Shown piece after piece: positions 20,485 to 31,060 of a stretch of DNA of 31,060 nt (its first letter is position 1; each line of letters opens with the position of its first letter). The translations under genes were made by a program, and so were the position numbers. The stretch is taken from assembly GCA_965644315.1 (NCBI GenBank), contig CBFFRQ010000176.1, forward strand, positions 1-31,060, in the 5' to 3' direction. The notes beneath the pieces were generated by a model that did not search any database, was not told the origin of the DNA, and saw only the letters and a list, made by a program, of their open reading frames with translations. This DNA comes from Caecitellus pseudoparvulus. Lineage: Eukaryota; Protista; Bigyra: Bicosoecida.

Positions 20485-23400
20485 TCAAGGGCTTTTTCGT
20501 GCAGGTGCAGGCATGAAGTCGTCGCCCACCATCGCATGCACCAGCGGGGAGTCCAGGTAGTCTGCGCATTGCTCCAAGTACCGCTTATTTGCCACAAGGT
20601 CTGCGTTCGTGACGTACAGCATGTGCACCCGCCACTCTGGCTTGCTTACACCCTCCAGAGGCTCTGCCGTCACCCTCAACTTCTTGAGCTTGCTACTTCC
20701 ATGCTCGCAGCCAGCCATTCTAGCAGCACCATCTGCATCACTCTCAGACACCAGCTCTGCCTTAATCCGCACGTCTGCCTCCAGCAGCTTGAGCCAGGAG
20801 TTCACAACAGACATACGCCCCTCTGAACCCTGTGCACTGGCTGCGCCAGAAGTGGGCGTTTTCCTCTGGCCTTCTGCGTGCAACAGCATCACGCTCCCAT
20901 CCGAGAGAAGCTCATGGCGTGACTCCTCTGAGAGCACCACCTGTGCGATGCCGCGCAAGGCAGGGGGGACACCCTCAGGTGCTCGTTTCTCTTCTGCGTG
21001 GGCAAACAGGCTCGAGGATGTCACTTCCACAAGCAATGCGTGCTTTCCTCCCGTTCTGTCGCAATACACCATCAAAGCGTCTATACCGGGGCTCTTGTCC
21101 CACGTATGGATGACCCAGGACTTGCCTGGCCCGATGTTGCGCAAGGATACCAGCACATCTGCTGGCACCTCGGAGTTGTCGAGCCTGACCAGGGTTGGTG
21201 GAGCGCCGAGGTCCACCTGCACATCCTTTTGACCTTTCGTTGCTTTCGATAGATTGAGCCGCGATTGCAAATGACTAAAATCGAGCAGTGAAGAAGGCGA
21301 CATCACCTCCATCAGCTCCGACGTGCTTTGGTTCTTGGGGTACTCAATGTGTTGGCATACCTCCTCGAGAGCGAACTTCTGGCCCACACCCAGCGAACGG
21401 TGTCCACACACACCAAGCGCCATGAGCGATATCACCTTACGCTCCAAGGTTTCCTGGTTTGACGGGAAACGTCGCAACAAGTTCGACATTTTGCGCCGGT
21501 CGGTGCCTAGAACGTCCCTGAACGTGATTGATTCCAGCAAGGCATGCCTGGCAGCTAAGGACGCAAACAGCGCGTTGCCAGCAACAGCTGCGCGAGTCAC
21601 GTTGATGCGGAACACCATGGACGCGTGCACCAGTCCGGAAAGTGGACCTTCGACCTGCGCTCCCCATGTGGCTGCTGTGAAGGTTGGCCAGGTGAGGTCT
21701 TCCTTCAGCACGCCAGTTTTGAGATGCTGCTGCTTCATGTGATCTTCGAAAGTTGACAACTGTTCGGTATACTCATTAAAGAGGGCTCCTCTGTGCCCTG
21801 TGCGCTTCAGATCGCGAGAGTAGCGCAAGGTAGCGCGCGGGATACAACCAAAGTGCACAAGCGCTTCCTGAAGCTCGCGATCAGTTGGGCTCGGTGTTAC
21901 ACAATCCATCTCGGTGCCTGGCAGCAAAAGCCCTGCATCTGCACGGCTGCGCAGCACTGCCACCATGGTTTCTATAGTGGTTGGCCCCAGATCGTAGAGC
22001 ACATCCAACGATTGGCTCTTGAGAGTGACATCCATGCTGGAGTCTGTGGAGCATGCCATGACGCGCATCGTGCCTGTCGCTTCATGCTGGCGCATCCAAA
22101 CACACCAAGATTCAAGGGCCTTCTGCAGGAGGCTCTGCTTTCCATCCTTCACGTACTCAAACAAGTCATTCGCTTCATCCACCACCACAACGCGTGGACT
22201 GCGCAGAAGTCCCTTGCCTGGCACACCAAACAGACCATGCAAAACGCCCATGACTGCCTGCGGAGACGGCCTTGAAGAGCCCAGCAGCGGAAGCATGCGC
22301 GCCTGCAGCTCGTGTCCACTCAGCGCGTCCCCTGCACACGTGCTCAACCCCCGCAGCAACGTGACTCTTTCCCTTCCAATGAATCTGCCGCCATCAGACA
22401 TGTACAGCACGTCAGCCCCGAGTCCCACAGCCGAGATGCTGGCCAGCGCTGCCAGTATGATGCTCTTGCCGCACCCAGGCACCCCGGTCAGCAAATGGCC
22501 TGGACGCTTGGACACCAACGCTTGTGCACAGCTCGCAAGGAAGGCAATGCGCTCTGGCGTCCACACGATGCTTAGCGTGCGGACCAACTTGCGCGGCAGC
22601 TGCTCCAGGGTGCCATCCAGGCGCGGTCGCACGGCATGCACCTGAACGAAGTCTGAATCGTTTTGACTAAACGTGAGTGGGTGCGATGTCGGTGGTGCGT
22701 CCTCGTCAATCGCCGCGCGAATAACATACTCGCTCTGATAGTCTCTGAACGGCAAACCTATGCGGCTGACGGGTGTAACGAGGCGTGTCGCGAATGCGAC
22801 AACCTCGCCATTCTTGTCCAGCACAGGACTCAGTCCAGTGATGCTCATGGTGTCGTAGGGTGTTTCTTCGCTTCCTGTGGCACCGTCTGGGTCTCTTGCC
22901 TTTCCGTCGTGCTCCCTTTGCAGTTCAGCTTTTGCCCTCTCAAACCATTTCAACACCCCGTCCTTGCCTCTCAGCATCGCTTTCCCCAGATCAAGCTTCC
23001 AGCCCAGCACATGCCGCACCGCCTGACGGTGGCTGGCATCTGGCATGTACTCCTGCCCAGCTGCACTTTCAAGCAGCACTTCCCGCAGTGGCAGCACCAC
23101 ATTCGAGACATCTGCATGGGAGAGCGCAGAAGCCCATGCAGCCACGTCTCTTTCTCTCTTTTTTGCAGAGGCAGCCTCCTTTTTTGCCTTCTCCTTGGCA
23201 GCAGCAGCCTCCTCCTTTTCCTGCTTCTTTGCACTCTTCCTTGCATTTGCATCAGCAGCTGCAGCAAGACTCAACTGCTCAGAGAGGTGGGTGTACAATG
23301 GTCGTGCAACTCGATGCGGTTTCACATTGAAGAGGTATTGAAGGGCCCGGTTGTCCATTATCTCAGCAGGCAGGAAGAGCAGCGTCTTCATGCCGCGCGC

Positions 23401-23973
23401 TATCTTTCGCTCTGCAGCCTCTCGAGTTGGTCCGTCCAGGTCCCGCAGAAGGCCTGGCAATGAAGGACAAGCCAGTGCAAAAGCTGTTGCAGTTTCAGGC
23501 AAGAACCACTGCGCCGTGTGCAAGGTTGGAGTGTGTCAATGCTTGCAGCGACAAGCGAGCGGCAAGTGCCACCTCAACATTGCACGTACCCGTGGCAGCT
23601 CAGGGGGCAGATACTCCACGGCCTCGTCCAGCCCAAGATCACGTAGAGCAGTGTGCAGCCCCCCAGGCTCATACGCAGATGGTGATACCATCGCCTGAAG
23701 GACAGAGTCACGTTTCTGCCGCACTTCGCCGCTGCTGCTGAAGCGCGCTGCCCCCGTGCCCGGCCAGGAGCGCCACACCTGAGCAGTTGACGCATATCCT
23801 CGTTGTGGAACACGACCCACTCTGCCTTTCCAGGCATGCGCCATGAAAGCGGCGACTTCGACGGAAGAGGCGTGACTTGAAACGCCGAGTGAAACGCCAC
23901 TGAGCAAACCGCTCGCAGCGGCACCCCTGATCGCCCTTTGGCATACAGCTGCTGTGCAAATAGTTACTTTCAT
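20485..23973 (-). CDS. CR-type P-loop NTPase + PD-(D/E)xK-like nuclease, copy 2 (divergent); join(23973-23590, 23508-20485), ~1135 aa
   Basis: An 81-nt intron CGG|GTACGT...GCGCAG removes an in-frame stop. Walker A GVPGCGKS, Walker B VVVDEAN, GCIPR motif, nuclease-like KSPGIDALMV...LLVEVT. Shares GxDVxY and FAS..ARHA motifs with copies 1 and 3. N-terminus contains RGYAST and RFSSS. Confidence 0.8.
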
Positions 23974-24344
23974 GATTCAGATGGTATGCCAGATGGGTTT
24001 TCCAGGACGCGCCGGTGCTCGATGCGAAGGTCGGGTTGGTGTGGAGTTGTGCTGACATGTGAACCGCAGCAGTCTTCAAAGCTGCCAGAGCCTTGTGGCG
24101 TTTAGAGATGAGCTTGTACGTGTCCCTCACGACCAACGCTGGCGTTTTCGGGCTGCAAACTTAGAATTTTTTTTAACTTTTGGCCGTGTCAAAGTGCCCT
24201 GAAGCGCGCAGTGTGTGCCTGGCCTCACTTGCTTTCACGCGGCTGCCACGGCTGCCACCAAGCCACCTCGCTCCTGGACTGTGCAGCACGGAAGCCGAAC
24301 AAATATGGGCTGAATGTGGTGGAACCCACGTGAAAATCAATGGA

Positions 24345-27300
24345 TTAGTCCTTCTCTAGGGCTGGCACAGCGACATCCAGCGTCTTCATTCCTGGAGGAA
24401 GGAGCCCTTGTTCAAACACTCCGAAAAACCCAGGGATTTCTGCGTCAAACAGTGAGTGACTTTCTTTGTCTCTCGGCTGTGGTGTGCAGTAGATGAAGAA
24501 GAACTCAACATCACTGCAATCTTGGATGGTTGCCGCAAGCGGAAGGTTCTCCAACTCTTCCTTTACTTCGACTGTCCTTGCTCTGCTGTCACTGGCCTCG
24601 ACAGCAACCGTCCTCTCGTCTGCATGCCCACCGTCAAGGCTTTGCCTGGAAGCCAGACCTGGGATCCTGACCTCAGCATCCCCTTCATCAGCTTTTGTCT
24701 GTGTCTCGAGCAACCTTGCAGCATTTGCAAGAGCCTTGCTTCGCGAAGCACCAGACAACACTCGTGGCTGCATGAGAAGCTCATCGAACTCCCTCTCAGA
24801 ATAGCACTGAACTGTGCAGTTGAGATCGACGGGCACGCCAAATGTCCACAATATGGCGTTCGCCATCGTGGTTGTCTCCCGACCTGGACGCTTTGACATC
24901 GTAATCTTCACCTGGGACCCTTCGACATCCGTGAAGTACTTGACGTCGCAAGCGAGGTCTGCAATGTCCCTCAGGGACTGTGGCAGTACAACCTCCTCCA
25001 TTGAAAGCGAACCACCTGAAGAAACGATGAGTCTGTCCAATATGTGGTTCCGCCCATGAGTGACCAGGGAAGACACGGTTGTCTCAATGAAAGCCACCTC
25101 CAGCTTTGCTTGACTGGGATTCTTACCTGGACTCGGCAATGGTGGACGCCGGAACACAACAAAGTCCACTGCCGGGAAGTTGTGGGGTGTGCGTACCACA
25201 TGCACGCTTCCAGGTTTCAGGGTTTGCACTGCATGCACGTCAGCGGCTGACAGCCCAGCACCCTCGGGTGCTTGCGTTGTTTGGGCTTTGGGAAATGCGT
25301 TGGTTCCCTCGGAGAAGCAGCTCCCGAGCATTTCAACTGGCTTTCTCTTTGCTATGCGTGATAAAGGCGTGTACTCAGAGCCAAAAATGCCCATCTCCAG
25401 CAGTGTTGCCACAATGTGCTCAAAATGCGTGCCACCACCAAGGTGGGCCACCCCGTACAGCAGTCGCTCCCAAGCATCTTTTGTTGTCTGGTCAGCGTTT
25501 GACCCGGCCAGTTCTCGTTGGCGCCTGAGCAGCGCCCTCACGAGGGCATGCCTCGCTGTGTGAGACGCAAACTCAACGTTCCGGTTCAACTTCAACAGCC
25601 CCGGGCGGATCCTGGTGAGGATCGACGCAGCAGCCAGCGTGTGAGCCAGGAGCATGGGCACGCTTTGCTTCCTGTCCAACAGATTCTCTGCAGACAAAGC
25701 TTGAAGTAGCTCGAGGCAGCGCTTTTCCAACTCACCCCTAGCCTCTGCCCACGCTTGCCTCACGGCGGAAGCGAGCGAGGCGGGACCAACGATCGCGCTT
25801 GCTCTTGCGAGTTCCGAAGCATGGCTCAGCGGTCCAGCAACACCGTCAACAGACTCAATGAAGTCCTTGAGCTGTTTCGAATTGCTCTTCGTGCGCAAGG
25901 CTTCCATTGCCTGAGGGGGCAGCTGAAGGGAGCAATCCTGGCCTGCTGGCATGTCCGCAACTACGTCCACCTTGTTGGACCATCCAAGGGAGTTCTTGCC
26001 GTCCTTTGGCCCCAGCATGAGCCGGAGCGCAAGCTCGGGCCTCATGGCTTCCATCTCGCAGAATGGATGGAGCAGGTCACGGGAACTGCCCACATCAAAG
26101 AGCTCTTCCAGAGGTTTGAGCACACCCTTGTCAAAGATGCTCGCGTTGACATCAGGCGAAAAGGCTAAGACCTTGCTCGAGCGCCCCCCCCATTGGAACA
26201 GCTCCTCCAGTTCATGCCACCACTCTGCATATCGGCCGCCTTCATCAGCGGGCTGGTCATCAACACGGAGTTCACTGTTTCTGCGGTGTAGCTCGCCTTG
26301 CACATTGTTGGCTTCGTCGATGATAAGCAAGCTGGGACAGAAGAAGTTCCCCTCCTGTTTGCCGGTATGATGGTAGACTGAACCATTACGAATCATCGTA
26401 CGTTCCAGGGCTTCGTGTGCATCAGCTCCCTGCAGGCCAATCGACGCCATGTCTTGGCACAACTCAGGCTTCTTGAGACTCCTCGCGCAGGACAGCGCAA
26501 ACCCACCCTGCATCAGACTGCGAGGAAGCTCTTTAAATGCGCCCTTGCCTGGCACCAACACTTCTGACTTGGGTAAGTACATCACATCGCCACCCGCACC
26601 GACGCTTGCCATCAGCGCCAATGCCCGCAATGACGCAGACTTGCCAGTTCCGTGAGGGGCTGTTGTCAAGACCCCCAGCTCGATCCCGAAGCAAGTCTTT
26701 GCAGCCTTCACAAACAGCATAATTCGTCCACGAGTCAGAACATACGTTGTCACGGAAAGGCCTTGGGGTGGCATTGTCGAAGGTGATTCAGGGCGGATGC
26801 CGAACGTAGTTGGTCGCAGGCCTTGCAGAGACAAGTCTCCAAAGGGAACCTTTGTCAAGCCTGTCTCGTCGTGCCCAACGCAAAACGGTTGGCCTTCCCA
26901 GATAGGCAACCGCAGCACTACAGCCTCCAAAATGCCGTCCATGAAGATGGGAGAGCACCCTGGCGTCCACTCGATGCCCCTCTCGCCTTTCTCGGCATTC
27001 GGAAGGCACTGTTCCTCGGCGAGCCCTGTCATTAGCGCTTCGAAAACGTCCCACACCGTCGCCTTTTGTCGTCGAAAGGCATCTCCTGCGTCAAGCATCC
27101 AGCCGAAGTTGTCGACCAAGGCCTCCAAAGTTGCTTCGTCTGTGTCGAGGAGTCCCTGGATGAACTGCTCATCCACAACACCTGCATCTTGCAGCTGCTT
27201 CTTGGCCGCATCTTCGCCTCGCTTCTTCAACAGCAGCATTGCACGGAGTGGCACGGCCAAGTTCACAACTCCCAGTGCCCGAGCTTGGCTGTCGAACCAC

Positions 27301-28391
27301 GCAGTGCGAACAGCAAGTCGAAGTGCTGCCTTGAAGTCGGCCACCATGCTTGCAGAGACATGCTCCGGCAACTCCTCTTTGCAAAATGCGTCCACGTCAC
27401 ACTTGGCCAGCGAGTCCACAGAGTGCGAGCAGAGGCTCTTCAGAACCTTGACTCTGTCTTCAGCTTTGGCAGCGCCCTTCATCAACTTCAGGGCGGTCCT
27501 CACAACCCCACACCGCTTGAGGGTTTCCCACAGCTCGTCGCCAGCAGCCTCCTGCAGAATCAAAAGCGACAAGGCACTATGGTACAAGGCTCCAGTGAGC
27601 GGGTTGAACACAACGTGGAGAGGCCTCAACTCACCTTGCAAACCTGCACTTCTCTGTCCGTGGCTTCCTGTGCTTCAACCTTGCCCTGCTTCGTTTCAAT
27701 CTCCAGCAGCTTGGCCTTTACCTGACTCAAGTACGCTGGCAAGTCTTCTGCCCAAGCCTCTGAAAAAGGGTTGTAAAGTAAAACATCTGCAGCCTCCAGA
27801 AACTCCTCACGAGTTGCAAGCTTCAGGGACAAGTCGATTGGCAAAGTGACCGCTGCAGCCAAAAGTTGCGTCTGCTCTTCCATGGCCTCTTCCTCCTGCA
27901 GAAGGCCACGCTCAACTTGGGCAATAAAGCCGCTTGAGACGAGGGCTTGCACCAGGTTCACGTCTGGAGCTGTCTGTGAACAAGGTCAGTCGAAGTGCAG
28001 GGAACAGCGCTTCATTCAAGCGCGGAACATGCACGCAGCAACGTACTTTCAGCCTCTTGAGGGCAGCAAGGGCCAACCTCGCAACCCGTCCTAGTGGATT
28101 CAGACCATCAAATGTCGTCAGCAGCTTCTCTTGCTGGCTCTCCTCCAGCTCAGTCCACCATGCCGTGCTCGGAAGCACTTCGCTGGCCTTCCGAGGTCCC
28201 TCTGTCACAGACCCAGCCACAGATGAAGCATGGCGTGACAAACTGGGTGCCTGGTGCGGCTTCGGCACACATAGTGGCCGCCAGTGCACAGCGGCAGCAG
28301 CCAATTCCGCCCTAACACTGCGCAACGCCAATAGAGGCCGCACTGACGCCCCCACAGCACGTGACACAGTCACTGCAGCTTTCAAGCTCAT
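24345..28391 (-). CDS. CR-type P-loop NTPase + PD-(D/E)xK-like nuclease, copy 3; join(28391-28047, 27973-27635, 27551-24345), ~1296 aa
   Basis: Introns AAA|GTACGT...TTCACAG (73 nt) and AAG|GTGAGT...TCTGCAG (83 nt) sit at the same positions as in copy 1 and restore the frame. Walker A APHGTGKS, Walker B LIIDEAN, HNFPAVDFVVF...VAFIETT. Clear paralog of 8647-12818. Confidence 0.8.
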
Positions 28392-28729
28392 TGCGTCCCA
28401 GAAATGCTTGCGAGCGCGGCAGGTGCTGCGAGTGTACGCCCACTTTCAAGGCTGCGCTGGTGCGGAAGTGTGGCCGAAGGTTTGCAGCGCAGAGCCGCAC
28501 GTTGAGCGGGCGTGAGGCAAGTCTGGGCACGATGTGCCAGGTATGCAGCATATGTGGTATGCTGCAGGAGATGCCTGGGATTCAAATTTTGTCTGGGAGG
28601 GCGAATCTGATTCTGGCACTTCCCAGGCCAAATTCCGCAACTCTCAATGACTCACGCGGTCCATGAATGATGCAAAAATGAGTCCGCAAAAGGAGAAGCG
28701 AACAGTGGCACACCAGACTGAGAGGAAAC

Positions 28730-29620
28730 CCTTGCAGTGCCGGCACTGGCAGATGAGCCAAGCATCGGGACCCATGAGCCCACACAACCTCAGCAGCATG
28801 GCGCGGCTGTACTCGCGGCGCACCAGCACAGCCACGCCCACACTCAGGCAGCCATGGAGCGCACCAAGTGCACGCTTGATGACAGGCTAGCCCAACGAGC
28901 AGTGTGCGATCGTCTCAAGCCCGTGCTTACCAAGGCCAAGGGTTCAAAATGTCTGGTCGAGCACCCTCGGCTGCGTGCCCTGGTATCACTTGCCGCACTG
29001 CCTGTGCCATGCAACAGTTGTGTCTTTCAGCTTGCTTGTGTAAGCCTGCAGCTTGAAGAGCAGGTGCTGCTGTTGCCCGGTCAGGCAACCGAGCAGCGCC
29101 TCCATCCCCAGCAGCTCTGTGCCGACGGCTTGCGCTGCAGCCTCACCCTCCGGCAGCTGTGCGGCGTGCAAGAGGCGTGACAACACCGCTGTTGCTTTGG
29201 AGGTGGATGATCAAATGGCCGCGCACGCATCTGTGAGCTGTGCGACCTTCACCTGTGCCTCATGCCGCTCTTGCATCCAGCCCTGGAGCCAGGCAGCTTG
29301 TGTATGGTGGCTTTGCGAGCTGGTTGTGAACACCTGCACCACACGTTCGGCCTCATGTGTTTCTTGGGTATCTCTTTCTGAAGCTTGCAGCTCCGCTGCC
29401 ACGAACTCACACTCCTGTCGTGTATCGGCAACCACTTCTTCCACTGCGGCAAGTTTGGCGTCTGCTGCGGTGAGGAGATGGTCGTGTTGCAGGGCAGCTT
29501 CCAGTCACTTGACGCGTCGGTGTCCGGCAAGGTGCACACCTTCGGATTCCCCATGTGCCGTCAACTCTGCTGCCGCTGCATCTGATTCGCGTTCGCTTGG
29601 AAGGCCAGGCAAGGCTTCTT
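28730..29620 (-). pseudogene. Decayed coiled-coil/helical protein gene fragment
   Basis: One minus-strand frame reads as protein (AKLAAVEEVVADTRQECEFVAAELQASERD...). It is interrupted by TGA at 29505, 29211, 28986 and 28944, and by a TAG near 28887. Boundaries are approximate. Confidence 0.6.
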
Positions 29621-30038
29621 GCAGGGAAGGGCATGCAGCTCATCTCAGCAAGACAATGTCCCCGCAGTGGCACAACTCAAACCGCGCGTTCCCAACGGCG
29701 ACGAAAATCCCGTCAGGAAACCGGCGTCCACTAAAGTTCTTCAACCCATTATCAGTGTGTGCCTGTATACCCCTGCACTGTTTCAGGAAGTGGTGCGTGC
29801 GCGCAGGCGTGTCGCGAGTAGTTGCGATAAACAAGCAAGTACTTCTCACACAATCTGTGCATAAGCGCTGACACAGCGGCAGCATCTGCATGTTCACAGA
29901 CTTGGCATCATCAAGATTTCAAAACTTCCCCTGCTGCGTACCTATTGCTCTTCTGCGAGGCATCACGGAGCTTCACTCGCACAAGCTTGCCGCAGCCTGT
30001 ACCTCCAACTTCAGCGTCGGCCACTGGCGTCACTCACC

Positions 30039-31060
30039 ATGGCAACTTATGATGATCCGGAAAATCTCGCAGACCAGTGGAAAACCACCTGTGAAGAGGA
30101 GAATGCAGATCGGCTGTGGCACATCTTGCTACAAGCCAGCGTTCGGACTGCCACTTTGGCCGAGGCACTGACCAGCTCAGACATAACAGCTGGGTTTCAG
30201 GTTGCATGTGGAAAGGGTCACTTGGAGTTGATGTGTGGGTTACTGGCCCTGACTGGGGCGCGGGAAGTGGATGTGCACGCCGCGGATGGGGATGGACCTG
30301 AGGCCGCCTTCCGAGATGCATGCGCAAATGGCCACACAGACATTGTGCGTGACCTGCTTGGCCTGACTGGGGCGCGGGAAGTGGATGTGCATGCAGGGGA
30401 TAGGCGTGGACCTGAGGCCGCCTTCCGATACGCATGCGCCAATGGCCACACAGACATCATGCGTGAGCTGCTGGCCCTGACTGGGGTGCGGGAAATCGAT
30501 GTGCACGCGGCGGATAGACATGGACCTGAGGCCGCCTTCCGAGATGCATGCGCAAATGGCCACACAGACATTGTGCGTGACCTGCTGGTCATGACTGGGG
30601 TGCGGGAAGTAGATGTGCACGCCGCGGATGGGGATGGACCTGAGGCCGCCTTCCGATACGCATGCGCCAAGGGCCACACAGACATCATGGGTAAGCTGCT
30701 GGCCCTGACTGGAGCGCAGGCAGTTGATGTGCACGCGGCGGATAGACATGGACCTGAGGCCGCCTTCCGAGAGGCATGCGCCAATGGCCACACAGACATT
30801 GTGCGTGACCTGCTTGGCCTGACTGGGGTGCGGGAAGTGGATGTGCACGCGGCATGTTGGAGCAGACCTGAGGCCGGCTTCCGGAAGGCATGCGCCAATG
30901 GCCACACAGACATTGTGCGTGACCTGCTGGCCCTGACTGGGGTGCGGGAAATCGATGTGCACGCGGCCGATGGACGTGGACCTGAGGCCGCCTTCCGAGA
31001 TGCATGCGCAAATGGCCACACAGACATTGTGCGTGACCTGCTTGGCCTGACTGGGGTGCG
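30039..31060 (+). CDS. Ankyrin-repeat protein (3'-partial; absent from the supplied ORF track because it has no stop within the window)
   Basis: caccATGG at 30039, with the frame open to the window end. MATYDDPENL... is followed by repeats of the type EVDVHAADGDGPEAAFRDACANGHTDIVRDLLGLTG, matching the ankyrin consensus (A..NGH.DIV..LL...DV.A). Confidence 0.9.
   Translation, partial: MATYDDPENLADQWKTTCEEENADRLWHILLQASVRTATLAEALTSSDITAGFQVACGKGHLELMCGLLALTGAREVDVHAADGDGPEAAFRDACANGHTDIVRDLLGLTGAREVDVHAGDRRGPEAAFRYACANGHTDIMRELLALTGVREIDVHAADRHGPEAAFRDACANGHTDIVRDLLVMTGVREVDVHAADGDGPEAAFRYACAKGHTDIMGKLLALTGAQAVDVHAADRHGPEAAFREACANGHTDIVRDLLGLTGVREVDVHAACWSRPEAGFRKACANGHTDIVRDLLALTGVREIDVHAADGRGPEAAFRDACANGHTDIVRDLLGLTGV
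30243..31060 (+). repeat. Coding tandem repeat, 114-bp (38-aa) unit, about 7 copies visible
   Basis: The gactgg anchor recurs at 30251, 30365, 30479, 30593, 30707, 30821, 30935 and 31049. Confidence 0.95.

Noticed and set aside
8647-28391. Endogenous virus, virophage or Polinton interpretation of the ATPase genes
   Set aside because: No capsid, pPolB, protease or integrase genes were recognised. The genes have spliceosomal introns, and the ATPases carry fused nuclease-like domains rather than resembling small packaging ATPases.
14030-29507. TGA recoding (Trp/Sec/readthrough) to explain the many in-frame TGAs
   Set aside because: Apparently intact genes end in TGA (1998, 8647, 20485). Internal TGAs occur only in regions that also show frameshifts, truncation or other decay.
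30218-31027. Repetitive minus-strand ORFs (269 and 259 aa), and a possible CRISPR-like array
   Set aside because: The plus frame gives a clear ankyrin consensus. The units are contiguous 114-bp coding repeats without unique spacers.

Overview
End of a eukaryotic chromosome: a perfect (CCCTAA)n telomere at 1-1727, then GC-rich coding DNA in the standard code with short 72-83 nt GT-AG introns. It is probably a protist, but the lineage cannot be fixed from the sequence. Almost all genes lie on the minus strand, pointing toward the telomere. In order: (1) a large WD40-like/SPRY/EF-hand/transmembrane gene, split by a frameshift and ending only ~270 bp from the telomere; (2) the first of three spliced paralogs encoding a P-loop NTPase plus a C-terminal PD-(D/E)xK-like nuclease, the Crinkler/RHS ('CR') architecture; (3) a decayed FN3-like/Cys-rich surface-protein gene; (4) a degenerate DDE transposase with a DxxH motif; (5) the other two CR-like paralogs; (6) a coiled-coil pseudogene; (7) a plus-strand ankyrin gene built from 114-bp repeats that runs off the window. 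The best candidate for something new is the CR-like cluster. All three copies start with an exon resembling a mitochondrial presequence rather than a secretion signal, and two lie directly upstream of the transposase. The decayed genes also show a CpG-deamination-like signature, and the ankyrin array varies at likely binding positions. All domain calls come from motif recognition by eye; no searches were run.
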